A stretch of DNA of 64,000 bases from the NCBI GenBank assembly GCA_964057225.1, contig OZ059898.1:372001-436000 (forward strand), written 5' to 3'. The translations under genes and the position numbers were made by a program. The DNA comes from Auanema rhodensis (taxonomy: Eukaryota; Animalia; Nematoda). Shown here piece by piece: positions 1-15,000 of the stretch. The notes under the pieces are model-generated. The model saw only the letters and a program-made list of their open reading frames with translations, did no database searches and was not told the DNA's origin. Each line of letters begins with the position of its first letter. The stretch's first letter is position 1.

Positions 1-3000
1 GCATCTCTTTATCTTTCACGTGAAGCGAGTTACATACCAAGTGCACATCACGTGTACATTTAATTAGCATAAATTAAAGTTCACGTAAATTTCAAAGTCA
101 TGGTTACCATGAACCAATATCAATAAAAATTTGTTTTTAGACTAATATGGACATGGGGAATCTAATTTTGAAAACCGCATCTCTTTATCTTTCACGTGAA
201 GCGAGTTACATACCAAGTGCACATCACGTGTACATTTAATTAGCATAAATTAAAGTTCACGTAAATTTCAAAGTCATGGTTACCATGAACCAATATCAAT
301 AAAAATTTGTTTTTAGACTAATATGGACATGGGGAATCTAATTTTGAAAACCGCATCTCTTTATCTTTCACGTGAAGCGAGTTACATACCAAGTGCACAT
401 CACGTGTACATTTAATTAGCATAAATTAAAGTTCACGTAAATTTCAAAGTCATGGTTACCATGAACCAATATCAATAAAAATTTGTTTTTAGACTAATAT
501 GGACATGGGGAATCTAATTTTGAAAACCGCATCTCTTTATCTTTCACATGAAGCGAGTTACATACCAAGTGCACATCACGTGTACATTTAATTAGCATAA
601 ATTAAAGTTCACGTAAATTTCAAAGTCATGGTTACCAAGCACCAATATCAATAAAAATTTGTTTTTAGACTAATATGTACATGGGGAATCTAATTTTGAA
701 AACCGCATCTCTTTATCTTTCACGTGAAGCGAGTTACATACCAAGTGCACATCACGAGTACATTTAATTAGCATAAATTAAAGTTCACGTAAATTTCAAA
801 GTCATGGTTACCATGAAGCAATATCAATAAAAATTTGTTTTTAGACTAATATGGACATGGGGAATCTAATTTTAAAAACCGCATCTCTTTATCTTTCACG
901 TGAAGCGAGTTACATACCAAGTGCACATCACGTGTACATTTAATTAGCATAAATTAAAGTTCACGTAAAATTCAAAGTCATGGTTACCATGCACCAATAT
1001 CAATAAAAATTTGTTTTTAGACTAATATGGACATGGGGAATCTAATTTTGAAAACCGCATCTCTTTATCTTTCACGTGAAGCGAGTTACATACCAAGTGC
1101 ACATCACGTGTACATTTAATTAGCATAAATTAAAGTTCACGTAAATTTCAAAGTCATGGTTACCATGAAGCAATATCAATAAAAATTTGTTTTTAGACTA
1201 ATATGGACATGGGGAATCTAATTTTGAAAACCGCATCTCTTTATCTTTCACGTGAAGCGAGTTACATACCAAGTGCACATCACGTGTACATTTAATTAGC
1301 ATAAATTAAAGTTCACGTAAATTTCAAAGTCATGGTTACCATGAACCAATATCAATAAAAATTTGTTTTTAGACTAATATGGACATGGGGAATCTAATTT
1401 TGAAAACCGCATCTCTTTATCTTTCACGTGAAGCGAGTTACATACCAAGTGCACATCACGTGTACATTTAATTAGCATAAATTAAAGTTCACGTAAATTT
1501 CAAAGTCATGGTTACCATGCACCAATATCAATAAAAATTTGTTTTTAGACTAATATGGACATGGGGAATCTAATTTTGAAAATCGCATCTCTTTATCTTT
1601 CACGTGAAGCGAGTTACATACCAAGTGCACATCACGTGTACATTTAATTAGCATAAATTAAAGTTCACGTAAATTTCAAAGTCATGGTTACCATGCACCA
1701 ATATCAATAAAAATTTGTTTTTGACTAATATGGACATGGGGAATCTAATTTTGGAAACCGCATCTCTTTATCTTTCACGTGAAGCGAGTTACATACCAAG
1801 TGCACATCACGTGTACATTTAATTAGCATAAATTAAAGTTCACGTAAATTTCAAAGTCATATGGTTACCATGCACCAATATCAATAAAAATTTGTTTTTA
1901 GACTAATATGGACATGGGGAATCTAATTTTGAAAACCGCATCTCTTTATCTTTCACGTGAAGCGAGTTACATACCAAGTGCACATCACGTGTACATTTAA
2001 TTAGCATAAATTAAAGTTCACGTAAATTTCAAAGTCATGGTTACCATGAAGCAATATCAATAAAAATTTGTTTTTAGACTAATATGGACATGGGGAATCT
2101 AATTTTGAAAACCTCATCTCTTTATCTTTCACGTGAAGCGAGTTACATACCAAGTGCACATCACGTGTACATTTAATTAGCATAAATTAAAGTTCACGTA
2201 AATTTCAAAGTCATGGTTACCATGCACCAATATCAATAAAAATTTGTTTTTAGACTAATATGGACATGGGGAATCTAATTTAGAATACCGCATCTCTTTA
2301 TCTTTCACGTGAAGCGAGTTACATACCAAGTGCACATCACGTGTACATTTAATTAGCATAAATTAAAGTTCACGTAAATTTCAAAGTCATGGTTACCATG
2401 AACCAATATCAATAAAAATTTGTTTTTAGACTAATATGGACATGGGGAATCTAATTTTGAAAACCGCATCTCTTTATCTTTCACGTGAAGCGAGTTACAT
2501 ACCAAGTGCACATCACGTGTACATTTAATTAGCATAAATTAAAGTTCACGTAAATTTCAAAGTCATGGTTACCATGAAGCAATATCAATAAAAATTTGTT
2601 TTTAGACTAATATGGACATGGGGAATCTAATTTTGAAAACCGCATCTCTTTATCTTTCACGTGAAGCGAGTTACATACCAAGTGCACATCACGTGTACAT
2701 TTAATTAGCATAAATTAAAGTTCACGTAAATTTCAAAGTTATGGTTACCATGCACCAATATCAATAAAAATTTGTTTTTAGACTAATATGGACATGGGGA
2801 ATCTAATTTTGAAAACCGCATCTCTTTATCTTTCACGTGAAGCGAGTTACATACCAAGTGCACATCACGTGTACATTTAATTAGCATAAATTAAAGTTCA
2901 CGTAAATTTCAAAGTCATGGTTACCATGAACCAATATCAATAAAAATTTGTTTTTAGACTAATATGGACATGGGGAATCTAATTTTGAAAACCGCATCTC

Positions 3001-6000
3001 TTTATCTTTCACGTGAAGCGAGTTACATACCAAGTGCACATCACGTGTACATTTAATTAGCATAAATTAAAGTTCACGTAAAATTCAAAGTCATGGTTAC
3101 CATGCACCAATATCAATAAAAATTTGTTTTTAGACTAATATGGACATGGGGAATCTAATTTTGAAAACCGCATCTCTTTATCTTTCACGTGAAGCGAGTT
3201 ACATACCAAGTGCACATCACGTGTACATTTAATTAGCATAAATTAAAGTTCACGTAAATTTCAAAGTCATGGTTACCATGAACCAATATCAATAAAAATT
3301 TGTTTTTAGACTAATATGGACATGGGGAATCTAATTTTGAAAACCGCATCTCTTTATCTTTCACGTGAAGCGAGTTACATACCAAGTGCACATCACGTGT
3401 ACATTTAATTAGCATAAATTAAAGTTCACGTAAATTTCAAAGTCATGGTTACCATGAACCAATATCAATAAAAATTTGTTTTTAGACTAATATGGACATG
3501 GGGAATCTAATTTTGAAAACCGCATCTCTTTATCTTTCACGTGAAGCGAGTTACATACCAAGTGCACATCACGTGTACATTTAATTAGCATAAATTAAAG
3601 TTCACGTAAATTTCAAAGTCATGGTTACCATGAACCAATATCAATAAAAATTTGTTTTTAGACTAATATGGACATGGGGATTCTAATTTTGAAAATCGCA
3701 TCTCTTTATCTTTCACGTGAAGCGAGTTACATACCAAGTGTACATCAAGTGTACATTTAATTAGCATAAATTAAAGTTCACGTAAATTTCAAAGTCATGG
3801 TTACCATGAACCAATATCAATAAAAATTTGTTTTTAGACTAATATGGACATGGGGATTCTAATTTTGAAAATCGCATCTCTTTATCTTTCACGTGAAGCG
3901 AGTTACATACCAAGTGTACATCAAGTGTACATTTAATTAGCATAAATTAAAGTTCACGTAAATTTCAAAGTCATGGTTACCATGCACCAATATCAATAAA
4001 AATTTGTTTTTAGACTAATATGGACATGGGGAATCTAATTTTGAAAACCGCATCTCTTTATCTTTCACGTGAAGCGAGTTACATACCAAGTGCACATCAC
4101 GTGTACATTTAATTAGCATAAATTAAAGTTCACGTAAATTTCAAAGTCATGGTTACCATGAACCAATATCAATAAAAATTTGTTTTTAGACTAATATGTA
4201 CATGGGGAATCTAATTTTGAAAACCGCATCTCTTTATCTTTCACGTGAAGCGAGTTACATACCAAGTGCACATCACGTGTACATTTAATTAGCATAAATT
4301 AAAGTTCACGTAAATTTCAAAGTCATGGTTACCATGCACCAATATCAATAAAAATTTGTTTTTAGACTAATATGGACATGGGGAATCTAATTTTGAAAAC
4401 CGCATCTCTTTATCTTTCACGTGAAGCGAGTTACATACCAAGTGCACATCACGTGTACATTTAATTAGCATAAATTAAAGTTCACGTAAATTTCAAAGTC
4501 ATGGTTAACATGAACCAATATCAATAAAAATTTGTTTTTAGACTAATATGGACATGGGGAATCTAATTTTGAAAACCGCATCTCTTTATCTTTCACGTGA
4601 AGCGAGTTACATACCAAGTGCACATCACGTGTACATTTAATTAGCATAAATTAAAGTTCACGTAAATTTCAAAGTCATGGTTACCATGCACCAATATCAA
4701 TAAAAATTTGTTTTTAGACTAATATGGACATGGGGAATCTAATTTTGAAAACCGCATCTCTTTATCTTTCACGTGAAGCGAGTTACATACCAAGTGCACA
4801 TCACGTGTACATTTAATTAGCATAAATTAAAGTTCACGTAAATTTCAAAGTCATGGTTACCATGAACCAATATCAATAAAAATTTGTTTTTAAACTAATA
4901 TGGACATGGGGAATCTAATTTTGAAAACCGCATCTCTTAATCTTTCACGTGAAGCGAGTTACATACCAAGTGCACATCACGTGTACATTTAATTAGCATA
5001 AATTAAAGTTCACGTAAATTTCAAAGTCATGGTTACCATGAACCAATATCAATAAAAATTTGTTTTTAGACTAATATGGACATGGGGATTCTAATTTTGA
5101 AAATCGCATCTCTTTATCTTTCACGTGAAGCGAGTTACATATTAAGTGTACATCAAGTGTACATTTAATTAGCATAAATTAAAGTTCACGTAAATTTCAA
5201 AGTCATGGTTACCATGCACCAATATCAATAAAAATTTGTTTTTAGACTAATATGTACATGGGGAATCTAATTTTGAAAACCGCATCTCTTTATCTTTCAC
5301 GTGAAGCGAGTTACATACCAAGTGCACATCACGTGTACATTTAATTAGCATAAATTAAAGTTCACGTAAATTTCAAAGTCATGGTTACCATGCACCAATA
5401 TCAATAAAAATTTGTTTTTAGACTAATATGTACATGGGGAATCTAATTTTGAAAACCGCATCTCTTTATCTTTCACGTGAAGCGAGTTACATACCAAGTG
5501 CACATCACGTGTACATTTAATTAGCATAAATTAAAGTTCACGTAAATTTCAAAGTCATGGTTACCATGAACCAATATCAATAAAAATTTGTTTTTAGACT
5601 AATATGGACATGGGGAATCTAATTTTGAAAACCGCATCTCTTTATCTTTCACGTGAAGCGAGTTACATACCAAGTGCACATCACGTGTACATTTAATTAG
5701 CATAAATTAAAGTTCACGTAAATTTCAAAGTCATGGTTACCATGCACCAATATCAATAAAAATTTGTTTTTAGACTAATATGGACATGGGGAATCTAATT
5801 TTGAAAACCGCATCTCTTTATCTTTCACGTGAAGCGAGTTACATACCAAGTGCACATCACGTGTACATTTAATTAGCATAAATTAAAGTTCACGTAAATT
5901 TCAAAGTCATGGTTACCATGAACCAATATCAATAAAATATTGTTTTTAGACTAATATGGACATGGGGAATCTAATTTTGAAAACCGCATCTCTTTATCTT

Positions 6001-9000
6001 TCACGTGAAGCGAGTTACATACCAAGTGCACATCACGTGTACATTTAATTAGCATAAATTAAAGTTCACGTAAATTTCAAAGTCATGGTTAACATGAACC
6101 AATATCAATAAAAATTTGTTTTTAGACTAATATGGACATGGGGAATCTAATTTTGAAAACCGCATCTCTTTATCTTACACGTGAAGCGAGTTACATACCA
6201 AGTGCACATCACGTGTACATTTAATTAGCATAAATTAAAGTTCACGTAAATTTCAAAGTCATGGTTACCATGCACCAATATCAATAAAAATTTGTTTTTA
6301 GACTAATATGGACATGGGGAATCTAATTTTGAAAACCGCATCTCTTTATCTTTCACGTGAAGCGAGTTACATACCAAGTGCACATCACGTGTACATTTAA
6401 TTAGCATAAATTAAAGTTCACGTAAATTTCAAAGTCATGGTTACCATGAACCAATATCAATAAAAATTTGTTTTTAGACTAATATGGACATGGGGAATCT
6501 AATTTTGAAAACCGCATCTCTTAATCTTTCACGTGAAGCGAGTTACATACCAAGTGCACATCACGTGTACATTTAATTAGCATAAATTAAAGTTCACGTA
6601 AATTTCAAAGTCATGGTTACCATGAACCAATATCAATAAAAATTTGTTTTTAGACTAATATGGACATGGGGATTCTAATTTTGAAAATCGCATCTCTTTA
6701 TCTTTCACGTGAAGCGAGTTACATATTAAGTGTACATCAAGTGTACATTTAATTAGCATAAATTAAAGTTCACGTAAATTTCAAAGTCATGGTTACCATG
6801 CACCAATATCAATAAAAATTTGTTTTTAGACTAATATGTACATGGGGATTCTAATTTTGAAAATCGCATCTCTTTATCTTTCACGTGAAGCGAGTTACAT
6901 ATTAAGTGTACATCAAGTGTACATTTAATTAGCATAAATTAAAGTTCACGTAAATTTCAAAGTCATGGTTACCATGAACCAATATCAATAAAAATTTGTT
7001 TTTAGACTAATATGGACATGGGGAATCTAATTTTGAAAACCGCATCTCTTTATCTTTCACGTGAAGCGAGTTACATACCAAGTGCACATCACGTGTACAT
7101 TTAATTAGCATAAATTAAAGTTCACGTAAATTTCAAAGTCATGGTTACCATGCACCAATATCAATAAAAATTTGTTTTTAGACTAATATGGACATGGGGA
7201 ATCTAATTTTGAAAACCGCATCTCTTTATCTTTCACGTGAAGCGAGTTACATACCAAGTGCACATCACGTGTACATTTAATTAGCATAAATTAAAGTTCA
7301 CGTAAATTTCAAAGTCATGGTTACCATGAACCAATATCAATAAAAATTTGTTTTTAGACTAATATGGACATGGGGAATCTAATTTTGAAAACCGCATCTC
7401 TTTATCTTTCAAGTGAAGCGAGTTACATACCAAGTGCACATCACGTGTACATTTAATTAGCATAAATTAAAGTTCACGTAAATTTCAAAGTCATGGTTAC
7501 CATGCACCAATATCAATAAAATATTGTTTTTAGACTAATATGGACATGGGGAATCTAATTTTGAAAACCGCATCTCTTTATCTTTCACGTGAAGCGAGTT
7601 ACATACCAAGTGCACATCACGTGTACATTTAATTAGCATAAATTAAAGTTCACGTAAATTTCAAAGTCATGGTTACCATGCACCAATATCAATAAAAATT
7701 TGTTTTTAGACTAATATGGACATGGGGAATCTAATTTTGAAAACCGCATCTCTTTATCTTTCACGTGAAGCGAGTTACATGCCAAGTGCACATCACGTGT
7801 ACATTTAATTAGCATAAATTAAAGTTCACGTAAATTTCAAAGTCATGGTTACCATGAACCAATATCAATAAAAATTTGTTTTTAGACTAATATGGACATG
7901 GGGAATCTAATTTTGAAAACCGCATCTCTTTATCTTTCACGTGAAGCGAGTTACATACCAAGTGCACATCACGTGTACATTTAATTAGCATAAATTAAAG
8001 TTCACGTAAATTTCAAAGTCATGGTTACCATGAACCAATATCAATAAAAATTTGTTTTTAGACTAATATGGACATGGGAAATCTAATTTTGAAAACCGCA
8101 TCTCTTTATCTTTCACGTGAAGCGAGTTACATGCCAAGTGCACATCACGTGTACATTTAATTAGCATAAATTAAAGTTCACGTAAATTTCAAAGTCATGG
8201 TTACCATGAACCAATATCAATAAAAATTTGTTTTTAGACTAATATGGACATGGGGAATCTAATTTTGAAAACCGCATCTCTTTATCTTTCACGTGAAGCG
8301 AGTTACATACCAAGAGCACATCACGTGTACATTTAATTAGCATAAATTAAAGTTCACGTAAATTTCAAAGTCATGGTTACCATGAAGCAATATCAATAAA
8401 AATTTGTTTTTAGACTAATATGGAGATGGGGAATCTAATTTTGAAAACCGCATCTCTTTATCTTTCACGTGAAGCGAGTTACATACCAAGTGCACATCAC
8501 GTGTACATTTAATTAGCATAAATTAAAGTTCACGTAAATTTCAAAGTCATGGTTACCATGCACCAATATCAATAAAAATTTGTTTTTAGACTAATATGGA
8601 CATGGGGAATCTAATTTTGAAAACCGCATCTCTTTATCTTTCACGTGAAGCGAGTTACATGCCAAGTGCACATCACGTGTACATTTAATTAGCATAAATT
8701 AAAGTTCACGTAAATTTCAAAGTCATGGTTACCATGCACCAATATCAATAAAAATTTGTTTTTAGACTAATATGGACATGGGGAATCTAATTTTGAAAAC
8801 CGCATCTCTTTATCTTTCACGTGAAGCGAGTTACATACCAAGTGCACATCACGTGTACATTTAATTAGCATAAATTAAAGTTCACGTAAATTTCAAAGTC
8901 ATGGTTACCATGAACCAATATCAATAAAAATTTGTTTTTAGACTAATATGGACATGGGGAATCTAATTTTGAAAACCGCATCTCTTAATCTTTCACGTGA

Positions 9001-12000
9001 AGCGAGTTACATACCAAGTGCACATCACGTGTACATTTAATTAGCATAAATTAAAGTTCACGTAAATTTCAAAGTCATGGTTACCATGAACCAATATCAA
9101 TAAAAATTTGTTTTTAGACTAATATGGACATGGGGATTCTAATTTTGAAAATCGCATCTCTTTATCTTTCACGTGAAGCGAGTTACATACCAAGTGTACA
9201 TCAAGTGTACATTTAATTAGCATAAATTAAAGTTCACGTAAATTTCAAAGTCATGGTTACCATGAACCAATATCAATAAAAATTTGTTTTTAGACTAATA
9301 TGGACATGGGGATTCTAATTTTGAAAATCGCATCTCTTTATCTTTCACGTGAAGCGAGTTACATACCAAGTGTACATCAAGTGTACATTTAATTAGCATA
9401 AATTAAAGTTCACGTAAATTTCAAAGTCATGGTTACCATGAACCAATATCAATAAAAATTTGTTTTTAGACTAATATGGACATGGGGAATCTAATTTTGA
9501 AAACCGCATCTCTTTATCTTTCACGTGAAGCGAGTTACATACCAAGTGCACATCACGTGTACATTTAATTAGCATAAATTAAAGTTCACGTAAATTTCAA
9601 AGTCATGGTTACCATGCACCAATATCAATAAAAATTTGTTTTTAGACTAATATGGACATGGGGAATCTAATTTTGAAAACCGCATCTCTTTATCTTTCAC
9701 GTGAAGCGAGTTACATACCAAGTGCACATCACGTGTACATTTAATTAGCATAAATTAAAGTTCACGTAAATTTCAAAGTCATGGTTAACATGAACCAATA
9801 TCAATAAAAATTTGTTTTTAGACTAATATGGACATGGGGAATCTAATTTTGAAAACCGCATCTCTTTATCTTTCACGTGAAGCGAGTTACATACCAAGTG
9901 CACATCACGTGTACATTTAATTAGCATAAATTAAAGTTCACGTAAATTTCAAAGTCATGGTTACCATGCACCAATATCAATAAAAATTTGTTTTTAGACT
10001 AATATGGACATGGGGAATCTAATTTTGAAAACCGCATCTCTTTATCTTTCACGTGAAGCGAGTTACATACCAAGTGCACATCACGTGTACATTTAATTAG
10101 CATAAATTAAAGTTCACGTAAATTTCAAAGTCATGGTTAACATGAACCAATATCAATAAAAATTTGTTTTTAGACTAATATGGACATGGGGAATCTAATT
10201 TTGAAAACCGCATCTCTTTATCTTTACCGTGAAGCGAGTTACATACCAAGTGCACATCACGTGTACATTTAATTAGCATAAATTAAAGTTCACGTAAATT
10301 TCAAAGTCATGGTTACCATGCACCAATATCAATAAAAATTTGTTTTTAGACTAATATGGACATGGGAAATCTAATTTTGAAAACCGCATCTCTTTATCTT
10401 TCACGTGAAGCGAGTTACATGCCAAGTGCACATCACGTGTACATTTAATTAGCATAAATTAAAGTTCACGTAAATTTCAAAGTCATGGTTACCATGAACC
10501 AATATCAATAAAAATTTGTTTTTAGACTAATATGGACATGGGGAATCTAATTTTGAAAACCGCATCTCTTTATCTTTCACGTGAAGCGAGTTACATGCCA
10601 AGTGCACATCACGTGTACATTTAATTAGCATAAATTAAAGTTCACGTAAATTTCAAAGTCATGGTTACCATGCACCAATATCAATAAAAATTTGTTTTTA
10701 GACTAATATGGACATGGGGAATCTAATTTTGAAAACCGCATCTCTTTATCTTTCACGTGAAGCGAGTTACATACCAAGTGCACATCACGTGTACATTTAA
10801 TTAGCATAAATTAAAGTTCACGTAAATTTCAAAGTCATGGTTACCATGAACCAATATCAATAAAAATTTGTTTTTAGACTAATATGGACATGGGGATTCT
10901 AATTTTGAAAATCGCATCTCTTTATCTTTCACGTGAAGCGAGTTACATACCAAGTGTACATCAAGTGTACATTTAATTAGCATAAATTAAAGTTCACGTA
11001 AATTTCAAAGTCATGGTTACCATGAACCAATATCAATAAAAATTTGTTTTTAGACTAATATGGACATGGGGATTCTAATTTTGAAAATCGCATCTCTTTA
11101 TCTTTCACGTGAAGCGAGTTACATACCAAGTGTACATCAAGTGTACATTTAATTAGCATAAATTAAAGTTGACGTAAATTTCAAAGTCATGGTTACCATG
11201 AACCAATATCAATAAAAATTTGTTTTTAGACTAATATGGACATGGGGAATCTAATTTTGAAAACCGCATCTCTTTATCTTTCACGTGAAGCGAGTTACAT
11301 ACCAAGTGCACATCACGTGTACATTTAATTAGCATAAATTAAAGTTCACGTAAATTTCAAAGTCATGGTTACCATGCACCAATATCAATAAAAATTTGTT
11401 TTTAGACTAATATGGACATGGGGAATCTAATTTTGAAAACCGCATCTCTTTATCTTTCACGTGAAGCGAGTTACATACCAAGTGCACATCACGTGTACAT
11501 TTAATTAGCATAAATTAAAGTTCACGTAAATTTCAAAGTCATGGTTAACATGAACCAATATCAATAAAAATTTGTTTTTAGACTAATATGGACATGGGGA
11601 ATCTAATTTTGAAAACCGCATCTCTTTATCTTTCACGTGAAGCGAGTTACATACCAAGTGCACATCACGTGTACATTTAATTAGCATAAATTAAAGTTCA
11701 CGTAAATTTCAAAGTCATGGTTACCATGCACCAATATCAATAAAAATTTGTTTTTAGACTAATATGGACATGGGGAATCTAATTTTGAAAACCGCATCTC
11801 TTTATCTTTCACGTGAAGCGAGTTACATACCAAGTGCACATCACGTGTACATTTAATTAGCATAAATTAAAGTTCACGTAAATTTCAAAGTCATGGTTAC
11901 CATGCACCAATATCAATAAAAATTTGTTTTTAGACTAATATGGACATGGGGAATCTAATTTTGAAAACCGCATCTCTTTATCTTTCACGTGAAGCGAGTT

Positions 12001-15000
12001 ACATACCAAGTGCACATCACGTGTACATTTAATTAGCATAAATTAAAGTTCACGTAAATTTCAAAGTCATGGTTAACATGAACCAATATCAATAAAAATT
12101 TGTTTTTAGACTAATATGGACATGGGGAATCTAATTTTGAAAACCGCATCTCTTTATCTTTCACGTGAAGAGAGTTACATACCAAGTACACATCACGTGT
12201 ACATTTAATTAGCATAAATTAAAGTTCACGTAAATTTCAAAGTCATGGTTACCATGCACCAATATCAATAAAAATTTGTTTTTAGACTAATATGGACATG
12301 GGGAATCTAATTTTAAAAACCGCATCTCTTTATCTTTCACGTGAAGCGAGTTACATGCCAAGTGCACATCACGTGTACATTTAATTAGCATAAATTAAAG
12401 TTCACGTAAATTTCAAAGTCATGGTTACCATGAACCAATATCAATAAAAATTTGTTTTTAGACTAATATGGACATGGGGAATCTAATTTTGAAAACCGCA
12501 TCTCTTTATCTTTCACGTGAAGCGAGTTACATGCCAAGTGCACATCACGTGTACATTTAATTAGCATAAATTAAAGTTCACGTAAATTTCAAAGTCATGG
12601 TTACCATGAACCAATATCAATAAAAATTTGTTTTTAGACGAATATGGACATGGGGATTCTAATTTTGAAAACCGCATCTCTTTATCTTTCACGTGAAGCG
12701 AGTTACATACCAAGAGCACATCACGTGTACATTTAATTAGCATAAATTAAAGTTCACGTAAATTTCAAAGTCATGGTTACCATGCACCAATATCAATAAA
12801 AATTTGTTTTTAGACTAATATGGACATGGGGAATCTAATTTTGAAAACCGCATCTCTTTATCTTTCACGTGAAGCGAGTTACATACCAAGTGCACATCAC
12901 GTGTACATTTAATTAGCATAAATTAAAGTTCACGTAAATTTCAAAGTCATGGTTAACATGAACCAATATCAATAAAAATTTGTTTTTAGACTAATATGGA
13001 CATGGGGAATCTAATTTTGAAAACCGCATCTCTTTATCTTTCACGTGAAGCGAGTTACATACCAAGTGCACATCACGTGTACATTTAATTAGCATAAATT
13101 AAAGTTCACGTAAATTTCAAAGTCATGGTTACCATGCACCAATATCAATAAAAATTTGTTTTTAGACTAATATGGACATGGGGAATCTAATTTTGAAAAC
13201 CGCATCTCTTTATCTTTCACGTGAAGCGAGTTACATACCAAGTGCACATCACGTTTACATTTAATTAGCATAAATTAAAGTTCACGTAAATTTCAAAGTC
13301 ATGGTTACCATGCACCAATATCAATAAAAATTTGTTTTTAGACTAATATGGACATGGGGAATCTAATTTTGAAAACCGCATCTCTTTATCTTTCACGTGA
13401 AGCGAGTCACATACCAAGTGCACATCACGTGTACATTTAATTAGCATAAATTAAAGTTCACGTAAATTTCAAAGTCATGGTTAACATGAACCAATATCAA
13501 TAAAAATTTGTTTTTAGACTAATATGGACATGGGGAATCTAATTTTGAAAACCGCATCTCTTTATCTTTCACGTGAAGCGAGTTACATACCAAGTGCACA
13601 TCACGTGTACATTTAATTAGCATAAATTAAAGTTCACGTAAATTTCAAAGTCATGGTTACCATGCACCAATATCAATAAAAATTTGTTTTTAGACTAATA
13701 TGGACATGGGGAATCTAATTTTGAAAACCGCATCTCTTTATCTTTCACGTGAAGCGAGTTACATGCCAAGTGCACATCACGTGTACATTTAATTAGCATA
13801 AATTAAAGTTCACGTAAATTTCAAAGTCATGGTTACCATGAACCAATATCAATAAAAATTTGTTTTTAGACTAATATGGACATGGGGAATCTAATTTTGA
13901 AAACCGCATCTCTTTATCTTTCACGTGAAGCGAGTTACATGCCAAGTGCACATCACGTGTACATTTAATTAGCATAAATTAAAGTTCACGTAAATTTCAA
14001 AGTCATGGTTACCATGAACCAATATCAATAAAAATTTGTTTTTAGACTAATATGGACATGGGGATTCTAATTTTGAAAATCGCATCTCTTTATCTTTCAC
14101 GTGAAGCGAGTTACATACCAAGTGTACATCAAGTGTACATTTAATTAGCATAAATTAAAGTTGACGTAAATTTCAAAGTCATGGTTACCATGAACCAATA
14201 TCAATAAAAATTTGTTTTTAGACTAATATGGACATGGGGAATCTAATTTTGAAAACCGCATCTCTTTATCTTTCACGTGAAGCGAGTTACATACCAAGTG
14301 CACATCACGTGTACATTTAATTAGCATAAATTAAAGTTCACGTAAATTTCAAAGTCATGGTTACCATGCACCAATATCAATAAAAATTTGTTTTTAGACT
14401 AATATGGACATGGGGAATCTAATTTTGAAAACCGCATCTCTTTATCTTTCACGTGAAGCGAGTTACATACCAAGTGCACATCACGTGTACATTTAATTAG
14501 CATAAATTAAAGTTCACGTAAATTTCAAAGTCATGGTTAACATGAACCAATATCAATAAAAATTTGTTTTTAGACTAATATGGACATGGGGAATCTAATT
14601 TTGAAAACCGCATCTCTTTATCTTTCACGTGAAGCGAGTTACATACCAAGTGCACATCACGTGTACATTTAATTAGCATAAATTAAAGTTCACGTAAATT
14701 TCAAAGTCATGGTTACCATGCACCAATATCAATAAAAATTTGTTTTTAGACTAATATGGACATGGGGAATCTAATTTTGAAAACCGCATCTCTTTATCTT
14801 TCACGTGAAGCGAGTTACATACCAAGTGCACATCACGTGTACATTTAATTAGCATAAATTAAAGTTCACGTAAATTTCAAAGTCATGGTTACCATGCACC
14901 AATATCAATAAAAATTTGTTTTTAGACTAATATGGACATGGGGAATCTAATTTTGAAAACCGCATCTCTTTATCTTTCACGTGAAGCGAGTTACATACCA

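Noticed and set aside
1-176. Monomer as 5S rRNA, tRNA, SL RNA or telomeric repeat; assignment to a named satellite or species
   Set aside because: No recognisable A/B/C boxes, cloverleaf, SL or Sm motif, or telomere unit. I do not recognise the sequence, and a nucleotide database search would be needed.
12561-12743. 60-aa minus-strand ORF MLIKCTRDV... (also 48816, 56421, 58005, 58885, 59237, 60997)
   Set aside because: These arise only where a satellite SNP (GACTAAT to GACCAAT or GACGAAT) removes a TAG. The period of 176 is not a multiple of 3 and there is no coding signal. They are useful only as variant markers.
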